Of a DNA stretch of 64,000 bases, positions 56,475 to 64,000 are shown one piece after another. Below the pieces are notes generated by a model. The model saw only the letters and a program-made list of their open reading frames with translations, ran no database searches and was not told where the DNA came from. The stretch is from the NCBI GenBank assembly GCA_963662265.2, contig CAXXHA010000010.1, positions 223,595-287,594 on the forward strand, in the 5' to 3' direction. Each line of letters opens with the position of its first letter. The first letter of the stretch is position 1. The stretch comes from Spirochaetia bacterium. GTDB taxonomy: Bacteria; Spirochaetota; Spirochaetia; CADAEX01. A program made the translations under genes and the position numbers.

Positions 56475-58562
56475 CTAATCCGCCTCTTTCCTTGAAAGAT
56501 TTTCCAGCAGTCCGGAGACTTCTGTTATGGAATAAGGCTTTCTGAAATAATAGAGGATATTAAGCTTAATTGCTTTTTCTATATATTCCTCATTTTTCTT
56601 GTGTGATGTAAAAATAAAAGGAATATTATTCAAAGTGGAATCTGACAGCATACTCTCCTTGATTGCAAAACCGTTTATGCCGGGAACCATTGTTTCACAG
56701 ATAATTGCAAGAGGCCTTGTCTTTTTTATGAAGCGAATAGCATCATTGCCGTTATTAAGAATCCTGCTGTTGAATCCCATTTCCCTGAGCCGCCCGGTAA
56801 GAAGTTCAACATATTTCACATCAGGATCAATAATAACCACAGGGTCAGTCAGCCTGGTAAATTCACCGCTTTCCTCTGATTTATCACAGAGTGTATTGCC
56901 TCCCCCTTTTTTTGCTGTGTGAATTCTGGAATAACCTGTATCAATAATCTTGTTTATTATCTCTTCGGGAGGCATTGTATCGTTGAAATATTCATGCATA
57001 TAAATTATTCCGATTGAAGATGTAATTTCTTCAAGGAATGAAGTTGATTCAGCAATCTCCCGCCTGATATGGTCGGCTGTTTCAAGAGCAAACTGGACTG
57101 TACAGTCGGGAATATAATAAGCGAAGGCTGCGCTCCCCAGCTTGAAAAGGTAATGGGTTACCCTGCTGTAATCTGCAGATATGAAATTCTTTATAAGGAA
57201 TGAAACACCTCGCAGCGCTTCATCGCCCCCTTCCCTCCCGTGACGGGCATTAATATCCATGATGTTATCAACACCGATAAAAAAAACAGCACTGTTTGTT
57301 TCTGTTTCAAGAGCTCCGGTAATTTCCTTTACCATATAGTTCCTGAAAAACATCTCATTCCTGAGACCGGTAACAGGGCATTTGGTAAGAGAGTCTTCTG
57401 TTTCCTCCAGCTCTCTCCTCATCCTGTTTTTTGTACCGTGAAGACGGACAGCTTCTTTATCAAGTGCAACATCTTTCGATTTCAGGTTAATCAGTATCCT
57501 TTTAAATGCTGCCGGATACCTGATTGAATACTGCCTCGAAAATTTCCTTACAAGGGTTTCAATCATACTCAGATATTCCATCCCCTTGCTGTCGAGAATT
57601 ACCTGGAAAAGCTTTTCCCATAAAGACTCGCCGTCAATTTTCAAGCTTATATCTGAAAGGGATGAAGTTTCTGAACTTATATTTTTTTTACTGCCTGTGC
57701 TGATTATGCGGCATTTAGAATTTATATGAATACCGCCGCTTTCAAGCATGGCATCAATCTCATCAAATCCGTACAGAGAGACAAGCCGCTCTATAACCTC
57801 TTCACAGAGAGTTATATAATCCTGCGAGCCGTCAAATTTCATCCGCTCAACATTTTTAAAGCTTCCGCATTCAATTCTGCTTATTTTATTATAAAAAAAT
57901 GAAAAATCATTTTTTATGATCCCGCCTCTTGCCGGCGCTATCATGTCAACTTTAAGCTGCTTGATTTTTTCGACTGCGGAATTTACAAGATCTGTATTTG
58001 AAAAAAAATGCTCATGATAACTCTTCATCATTCCGTAATTTTCTTTTTCCATGTACAGATTATTCTCAAAGGAAAAGCTGCTGAACATGGAGGAGGAAAA
58101 AAGGATTTTCTGCTTTACCAGGTAAAGATGAATCTCTTCAGGGGAATAAAGGTTTGAAGCAGGAAGAAAAAGCAGTTTCTCCCTGTTGGCAGTATCATAT
58201 TCCCACCTGTTTTCATTAATCACAAAAAAGTCGCATTCTGGATAGCATTTTGATAATGTATTGTACCCTCTCCAGTGAAGTGCAACTTCTGCTTTTTTCA
58301 CTTCGTTCAAAAAGAGAGGAAGAGAGGAACTCATGTCAGGGGATACTGTTGTAAGAACAATTAAAGATATTTTCTGTATATCAGTCAGGGATTCAATACT
58401 GTCTCTGACAGATTCAAAGCTGCTGTAGGGGCCGGGATTTATAAGAATGAACTCTTTTCCGCATTCAACAAGAAAAATATTGGGAACAAGACTTTCACTA
58501 CTCCCGTTATTCACCCCGATCCTGTAGACTGAATCGGAAATTCTGAAAACAGCTTTATTCAA
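56475..58562 (-). CDS. Three-domain signalling-type protein: flavodiiron-type MBL-like N-terminus, degenerate GGDEF domain, receiver domain with Glu at the acceptor position
   Basis: TTG start with AGGAG 7 nt upstream. ISDSVYRIGVNN...LIVLTTVSPDM sits where HxExDH is expected. VDNIMDINARHGREGGDEAL...RVTHYLFKLGSAAF sits where RxxD...GGDEF is expected. VVIIDPD...AIICETMVPGINGF...IFTSH...FRKP forms the receiver. Confidence 0.7.
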   Translation of the reverse strand: MNKAVFRISDSVYRIGVNNGSSESLVPNIFLVECGKEFILINPGPYSSFESVRDSIESLTDIQKISLIVLTTVSPDMSSSLPLFLNEVKKAEVALHWRGYNTLSKCYPECDFFVINENRWEYDTANREKLLFLPASNLYSPEEIHLYLVKQKILFSSSMFSSFSFENNLYMEKENYGMMKSYHEHFFSNTDLVNSAVEKIKQLKVDMIAPARGGIIKNDFSFFYNKISRIECGSFKNVERMKFDGSQDYITLCEEVIERLVSLYGFDEIDAMLESGGIHINSKCRIISTGSKKNISSETSSLSDISLKIDGESLWEKLFQVILDSKGMEYLSMIETLVRKFSRQYSIRYPAAFKRILINLKSKDVALDKEAVRLHGTKNRMRRELEETEDSLTKCPVTGLRNEMFFRNYMVKEITGALETETNSAVFFIGVDNIMDINARHGREGGDEALRGVSFLIKNFISADYSRVTHYLFKLGSAAFAYYIPDCTVQFALETADHIRREIAESTSFLEEITSSIGIIYMHEYFNDTMPPEEIINKIIDTGYSRIHTAKKGGGNTLCDKSEESGEFTRLTDPVVIIDPDVKYVELLTGRLREMGFNSRILNNGNDAIRFIKKTRPLAIICETMVPGINGFAIKESMLSDSTLNNIPFIFTSHKKNEEYIEKAIKLNILYYFRKPYSITEVSGLLENLSRKEAD

Positions 58563-58644
58563 AAGAATACTCCTGGTATTGGTAAGAACCTGCTGAAATC
58601 ACTTTTTTTATGGAATATACCGAGGTCCGCTTAAATTATCGGTG

Positions 58645-60429
58645 TCAACGTGTCTCATTATTATAAATTCTGACTCTTCTGCCCTTTATTTCCGCTTTAT
58701 AGCCGGGAATTACCCCGTTTACATCAGAAACAGCAATCTCTGAATTTTCAAATCCCGAGACAATAAATCCGGCAGAATGATCAAAATCATCATTATCAAT
58801 TTTTATTGTAATTTTTCCGGCTGCTTCAAGAATTCTGAATTCGAGATGAGATCTCTTACGCCAGAATTCCCCGAATTCTGTCAGGTTTCCCATCCACCCG
58901 TCCTGTTTATCTACATATTTCATCAGCCTTTCCTGGGCAACAAGCTTGTGGTTACTGTCCCTTGTATCGGAAGGATGCACTAAAAGAACAGTTACAGCAG
59001 AGTTGTCGCTGTTCAGTTTTACAACACGCTTCCAGACAGTCACAGCCTTATCAACCGTATCAGGTGTAAGATAACCAAGAGAATCATCAAGAGTGACAGG
59101 TATTTCAATGATATCTGTCTCGGGAGATCCCGGCTGTCTCTCCCTGAACGCATAGTAGGGAAAAGAGGTGAGTACATCGTTTGATGAAAAAGTAGAATCA
59201 TAGAGATACCCGTATTCCTCAAGAACCTTTATAAGTGAGCTGTGGTATTCAAGGTCTCCTGCCCTGAAGCTTATTGTATCCTGCCCCGAAATATCCCTGT
59301 CCAGGAGCTCCTTGCTAACCGCGACCTCTCCCCGCAGGGTTTTTCTCTTCAGAGGATCATATGTGGCAAAGGTGACATCTTTTTCACCCATTTCCGCCTT
59401 CGAAAGCTTTTTGTAGTGGGAGACAGTGTGTGACCCGATATCCCATCCCATCTTTTTCAGTTTCCTGATAGCATCAACATTTTCCCCAATATTGTAATAA
59501 TCAATATCAAGGTAATCGGTAAAATACTTTGTATTTTCAAAGAAAGTACTTGTTACTCCATATTTTTTTTCTAGCGCGGCATATTTAAGAGAATCGACAA
59601 ACGAGGTCTGTGCATCGACATCATGGCTCAGAACCAGTACCGGATTTTTAAGATGAGGAGTTGTTCCGATTATCAGACTTTTTCTGCTGTAGTTCTGGTA
59701 GAGGGCCTTCATTATAAGCATTATCGCATCGGCGGAAGGTTCAAAGGAATTAACATATTTCCTCTGCGCCTCAAAATCATCCCCCACCTGGGGAAGCATT
59801 ATTGCCTCAACAAAAGAAAGCCCCAGTAGATATGCAGTACCCCTTCCATAGATGTTTTTTATAAAAGCAGCTGATTTATCGCTGAATTCGCCAAGCACAT
59901 CTGAATAACCGTCAGCTTCATAGCCGTGGGACCATATCACCTCTTCATAAAATCTGTCCTCGCCGTTCCCGAGAGATATTGTCTTTTCCGCTTCATGGTC
60001 AATATATTCAAACACAGGATCCCTGCCTTTGAAAGAAAGCCGGTACCTCTTTTTCGATGGTAAATAGTTTTTCACTCCGAACAGGGGATAAAGTCTCCTG
60101 GAAATCTGCCCTGCCGCAAAAAGAGTTCCCCCCCCTTCGACATAATCGTAGATAGTATTTATTATTTCTGATTTAATATTCTTTTCAATGAGCGGCCCTG
60201 AAACATATGCAACATCATAATCAAAAATATCCTCAATATCTTCAAGAATTCTGTATGGTATCCCCTGAATATCAAAAATCCTTCTCATTGCTGTAAATTC
60301 GGCAGAATAACCCTTTAATGTACCGGGTTTGTAAAGTGCGGCTTTTACCGATTCTGTTACATCTTTTTCACAGTATGCTGCAGCAGATATGAACAGAAGG
60401 AAGAGAACTGTAAAATTTCTTACTTTCAT
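58645..60429 (-). CDS. Secreted polysaccharide deacetylase (CE4/NodB domain) with an N-terminal GATase1-like domain
   Basis: Signal peptide. NodB motifs VLSHDVD (Asp pair) and GSHTVSH (His-x3-His metal ligands). Confidence 0.75.
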   Translation of the reverse strand: MKVRNFTVLFLLFISAAAYCEKDVTESVKAALYKPGTLKGYSAEFTAMRRIFDIQGIPYRILEDIEDIFDYDVAYVSGPLIEKNIKSEIINTIYDYVEGGGTLFAAGQISRRLYPLFGVKNYLPSKKRYRLSFKGRDPVFEYIDHEAEKTISLGNGEDRFYEEVIWSHGYEADGYSDVLGEFSDKSAAFIKNIYGRGTAYLLGLSFVEAIMLPQVGDDFEAQRKYVNSFEPSADAIMLIMKALYQNYSRKSLIIGTTPHLKNPVLVLSHDVDAQTSFVDSLKYAALEKKYGVTSTFFENTKYFTDYLDIDYYNIGENVDAIRKLKKMGWDIGSHTVSHYKKLSKAEMGEKDVTFATYDPLKRKTLRGEVAVSKELLDRDISGQDTISFRAGDLEYHSSLIKVLEEYGYLYDSTFSSNDVLTSFPYYAFRERQPGSPETDIIEIPVTLDDSLGYLTPDTVDKAVTVWKRVVKLNSDNSAVTVLLVHPSDTRDSNHKLVAQERLMKYVDKQDGWMGNLTEFGEFWRKRSHLEFRILEAAGKITIKIDNDDFDHSAGFIVSGFENSEIAVSDVNGVIPGYKAEIKGRRVRIYNNETR

Positions 60430-60450
60430 AAAGTCTCTCCATATTAATTT

Positions 60451-61801
60451 TTATTCACTCCAGAATAATTTATCAGGATCGCTGTAAAGCTCACACGCTA
60501 TGATAAACCAGGCAGTTCCGGCAACAGAGGGATAATCACTGAAAAGATACGGGAGATTAACAGAAGAATAAACAAGTCCGCCGTCCACCGACATTTCTGT
60601 CATGTTCCTTATGATCTCGAGTCCTTTTTCAGGGCTTCCCCCCCTTATCCATGCGGCAGCTGCGCCAAGCGAACCTTCAGACCATACAACATTTATATCA
60701 TCCCATTCTGTGTTTTCAGAACCGTCAAACTGGTGCCTGTTTAGAGCCTTGTTCTCATAAACCGGTTCATTATAATAGGGGCCATACCCTTTATAACCGT
60801 TCCCTTCTGTCATGAAATTCCGGTCCATAGTCTCCAGAGCTGTCCTGGTTTTTCCTTTAGCCCCTATGCTTTCAAGAAACAGAGCGCCCCAGGAAGCGCC
60901 GTCCAGCGGAAGTGCGGTATCTCTTTTACCGTCTATTTTAATCCCCCGAATAAACTGGCCGGAGCTGTTATCCCAGAATGCTTTAAGAATTGATTTTTTC
61001 AGCAGCTCTCCCCTGTTGAGAAAAAAACCTGTCGCCTGTTACAAGGTAGAGGCTCTTCAGGAGAAAATAGATATCAATGTTATGTTCGACACTTACCCAT
61101 CCGACAGGATCATAGTTGTAAACCTCTTCAATACTTTCTTTCTCGTTTGAATATTCTACCTTGTAAGTTCCCCTCCCTCCTGTGACAAGGCCGTAGCGGG
61201 AATCATTTTTTTCACGCACCTGGTTTTCAAGGAGGTATTTAGCAATTCTTTCAGAAGCCTCTGTATACCGCCTGCCTGCTATGTCATCTTTATAGAAACG
61301 GCTCTCCTCTGTATTCCTGACAGAGACATAATGGGAAAGAGCATAACCTGCCCAGGCAAGGGCACCGCTTCTGATCATTGCCCCCTCATGATCGTTTTCA
61401 TCAGGCCAGCTGTTATGTGTATTATACGAAAACCAGAGACTTCCGTTTTCCCGGACCAATCGTGAAAGGGAATTAAGTATTGATTCAGCTTCCCTGTATT
61501 TTCCCGCCATTGTAAAAGCGATTGCAGCAACAGCATTGTCATATGCAAAAGACCTTCTTGCCAGGTAGCGGTATGCGGGATCGTTTTCAGGTATTTTATA
61601 GCTGAGAATAAGTTTTCTCCTGTCGGGAGATGGATTTTCAACAACAGAATTTGGCACTATCTGTCTTTTAAGCCATCTCAGGGATTCTTCATATGCATTG
61701 TTGAGATCTGTATTTTCCGGCTTGTTGAAGGGGGAATCAGCAGAAACAGGGACAACAGCTGCTGAAATAAGTAAAATAAAATACAATAATCTGTTTTTCA
61801 T
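60451..61801 (-). pseudogene. Secreted (alpha/alpha)6-barrel-like glycoside-hydrolase-type gene, interrupted by a frameshift in a T7 tract (minus strand; A7 at 61021-61027)
   Basis: ORFs 60983-61801 and 60451-60828 are in different frames. Removing one T from the run gives a continuous reading ...GDRFFLNRGELLKKSILKAFWDNSSGQFIRGIKIDGKRDTALPLDGASWGALFLES...METMDRNF with no stops. Confidence 0.75.
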
Positions 61802-61888
61802 AAAATACCTTACCGATAATTTGATAACTTAATTATTATATATTAAAAATAATAATAAACAGTTTTTTTTCAAGAAAATGAGGTTGCA

Positions 61889-63227
61889 ATGAAAAAATTC
61901 ACTTTTTTATTATTCATATTATTATTCTCGATAATTTTTCCGCTCTTTTCACAGAATATTTATGAAAACAGGGATGTGGACAAGCTTGTGGAACGGGGAA
62001 TAAAGTATGAAAGAGATAATAATCTGTATGAAGCAATAAAGACATACAGACAGGTACTTCAGCTGGATGATAAAAATTTCCTTGCTCTTATCAGGCTTGC
62101 GAAGCTTCTGAGCTGGACAGAACAGACAGAGGAAGCTCTCTCAATACTGAACCGCCTGGAAAAGGAATATCCTGGCAACAGTGAAACGTATTTCAGGAAA
62201 GCCCAGGTTCTCAGCTGGCAGAAAAAACTATGATGAATCAATAAATTATTACAACAAATTCCTAGAAATGGAACCTGGAGATCTTGATGCAACAATGGGG
62301 CTGGGGAGGGTTTATTTCTGGTCAAAGAAATACAGGAAAGCGATAGACTACTTTAACCTTGCAATAGAAAACAACTACAGCGTAACAGAAGCCCGGCTGA
62401 ATCTTGCAAAGATATATTTCAACATGAATGAATCGGTAAAAGCTGAAGAAATACTGCTTATTATCCTGGAGGAGGATCCTGATAATCCCGAGGCAAAAGA
62501 ACTTTACGCAACCCTTCCCCAGTTCATGAAATTCGAAGCTTCCCCATCTATTTTAAAAATGGATTTTTACGAAGGGGGAGATTTCGGCCTTAAACTGTCT
62601 CCTTTTCTCAATTACAGGCTGAACAAGATGTGGGACCTGCGTGTAAAATATGATTTTCTTTCTGCTGACAGCAAATCAGACAGTATATTCTCTGCTGGAG
62701 CCACATTTAAAGGGGTTAAAAACCTTGCACTTGCTGCAGATATATCAGCGGCTGTCAATCCTGAACTGACTGAAGCCTTCAAGATTGCGGGGCAGGCCAA
62801 CTACAGTATAAACAGAAATATCGGAGCAGGAATGGTTGTAGAGCATCTTGCATTCAAGGATATAAACAATCCTGTACAGAGCAATGAGAACCTCACAATT
62901 CTTAAACCATCTTTCAGTTATTATTTTACAGATATAAGCTACACAACAATCCAGTATATTCAGTATCTTTACGGATCAGGATTCAGCACATCTGCTGTAA
63001 GCCTCAATATTACACTGGAATACTATAATAAAAATGCCCTCAGCTTTGCGGTAACATATGGCGGAGACTATGAATCAATGGATGAAGACAGGGAGCTTTT
63101 TGAAGCGGGGGGTGGCATTTCCTATCTCTTCAACAACAATTTCCAGCTGGGATTAGGATTTACACATATTGAATCTGAATACAGCACAACAAATCAGGTT
63201 ATTATATCGCCTGTAATAAGGTGGTAG
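61889..63227 (+). pseudogene. PgaA/BcsC/NfrA-like outer-membrane protein (signal peptide, TPR repeats, C-terminal beta-barrel), interrupted by a frameshift in an A6 tract at 62222-62227
   Basis: ORFs 61889-62233 and 62181-63227 overlap in different frames. An A5 tract would read ...AQVLSWQKNYDESINYYNKFLEMEPGD..., a continuous TPR. The C-terminus ends ...ISPVIRW (aromatic terminal residue). Confidence 0.75.
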
Positions 63228-63250
63228 GTAAATATATTATTCTGTAAAAA

Positions 63251-63291
63251 AGCTGATAAACCACTTCTGGAACAGGTTATCAGCTTTTTTT
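63251..63291 (+). terminator. Rho-independent terminator after the TPR/beta-barrel gene (bidirectional shape)
   Basis: AGCTGATAA...TTATCAGCT stem (9 bp) followed by T6 and preceded by A5. Confidence 0.8.
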
Positions 63292-63382
63292 ATATCCGGA
63301 AAACAACAGCTCTTCATGATAATTTCTCATGTATAGGATGATATTAAATATACCATTATTTTCCGGCAGTGTTTTAATCCTC

Positions 63383-63411
63383 TTGACTAAAAAGGGGTGA
63401 ATAATTATAAA
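63383..63411 (+). promoter_or_regulatory. Near-consensus sigma70 promoter placed for a leaderless or near-leaderless transcript
   Basis: TTGACT, 17 nt, TATAAA. The -10 box ends 8 nt before the ATG at 63420, and there is no Shine-Dalgarno sequence. Confidence 0.5.
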
Positions 63412-63419
63412 CTCACCCT

Positions 63420-63782
63420 ATGAGCGGAAAAATCAGAGACTTTGCAGAAAAAATACTCGGTATCAGCCACGATATTCTTAAAAGAAGGACTGTTCACATA
63501 AAATTCATTGTCACTCCCGGAAAAGTTGTTTTTGATCCCGAACTGTTTGTTAAATTCGAGGAAACTTACGGTGAGGGAAGCCTCTACCACAAGGATATTG
63601 CTGATGCAAATAATGTTCAGAGAGGAGCAGTCGCAGGCGGGGCCTATGTCTCTGTATCTCATGACAATGTTAAAATTACCGGATACAGCCAGGATTTCGG
63701 GTACATAACCGGCTATGAGGATCTTGTAGAAAACTACTTCAGAAACTATTTCGACTGTCCTGTTGAATTTGAATCAGCATAG
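63420..63782 (+). CDS. Hypothetical 120-aa protein
   Basis: The ORF has balanced, protein-like composition. No family recognised. Confidence 0.45.
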   Translation: MSGKIRDFAEKILGISHDILKRRTVHIKFIVTPGKVVFDPELFVKFEETYGEGSLYHKDIADANNVQRGAVAGGAYVSVSHDNVKITGYSQDFGYITGYEDLVENYFRNYFDCPVEFESA

Positions 63783-63916
63783 CTGAATCATGAAAGGATT
63801 TCAGGCATGGAATTTCTTCCCACTTCAGTAAAATAAATAGAATAAAACTCTTTTAATTTTTTAATAATTCAAACCCGGCAACTATACTGTTCCGGAACGG
63901 ATTTACTATCTCAATA

Positions 63917-64000
63917 CTATTCAAGAGCAACTGTTTCAGCAAAAATCTGCTCAAGATCTCCTGAGATCTCGGTAAAGACTTTATAGACATCCGGATCAAA
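63917..64000 (-). CDS. C-terminal fragment of an unidentified gene; the start lies outside the window
   Basis: The minus-strand frame is open from the window edge: ...FDPDVYKVFTEISGDLEQIFAETVALE, stop at 63919-63917. Confidence 0.3.
   Translation of the reverse strand, partial: FDPDVYKVFTEISGDLEQIFAETVALE

Noticed and set aside
57100-57400. Annotating the GGDEF-domain protein as an active diguanylate cyclase
   Set aside because: The motif position reads GSAAF and the upstream I-site position reads RVTH, so cyclase activity is very unlikely.
63636-63654. Third copy of the TCGCAGGCGGG-CCTA motif, inside the 120-aa ORF
   Set aside because: The match is only about 16 nt, it lacks the TTAT prefix and ATAC suffix of the two intergenic copies, and it falls in an apparently coding Gly/Ala stretch. 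It is probably coincidental.

Overview
64 kb chromosomal segment of a low-GC diderm bacterium. LolA-like, TPR/beta-barrel and patatin/beta-barrel proteins, lipobox-bearing solute-binding proteins and a TmpC/BMP-type lipoprotein suggest a spirochaete, but that is inference only. The window is densely coding, mostly on the minus strand. Left to right: (1) the 5' part of a BMP-type nucleoside ABC ATPase; (2) a co-oriented LysR / GlpK-like kinase / TRAP transporter / PhnW-like aminotransferase module; (3) a nucleoside-salvage group (BMP lipoprotein, deoB, pdp) with a patatin/beta-barrel gene embedded; (4) small amino-acid exporter genes (LysE, AzlCD, AraC, DUF2000); (5) hflX and acyP; (6) a complete six-gene glycogen cluster (glgB, debranching enzyme, glgP, GH13, glgA, glgC), partly translationally coupled; (7) housekeeping genes (recX, rpsI, rplM, pcrA, rimO, RodZ-like, LolA-like, pyrH-like, tRNA-Leu-CAA); (8) a large TPR protein ending in a RING-like C4C4 zinc finger; (9) at the right end, a pga-like synthase-dependent exopolysaccharide locus. 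That locus has a HEAT-fused PgaC-like GT2 synthase, a CE4 deacetylase, an (alpha/alpha)6-like hydrolase, a mini PgaA-like TPR/beta-barrel and a signalling protein whose three domains all lack catalytic residues. Two of its genes are broken by single-base frameshifts in homopolymers. This EPS locus is my best candidate for an undescribed system. Other items worth a second look: a 502-bp GC-rich convergent intergenic region with about 71-nt tandem repeats, helically phased direct repeats near 1.8 kb, and unusually long poly-G:C tracts inside ORFs. I saw no rRNA, CRISPR array, transposase or integrase. All homology calls come from reading the translations, not from database searches.
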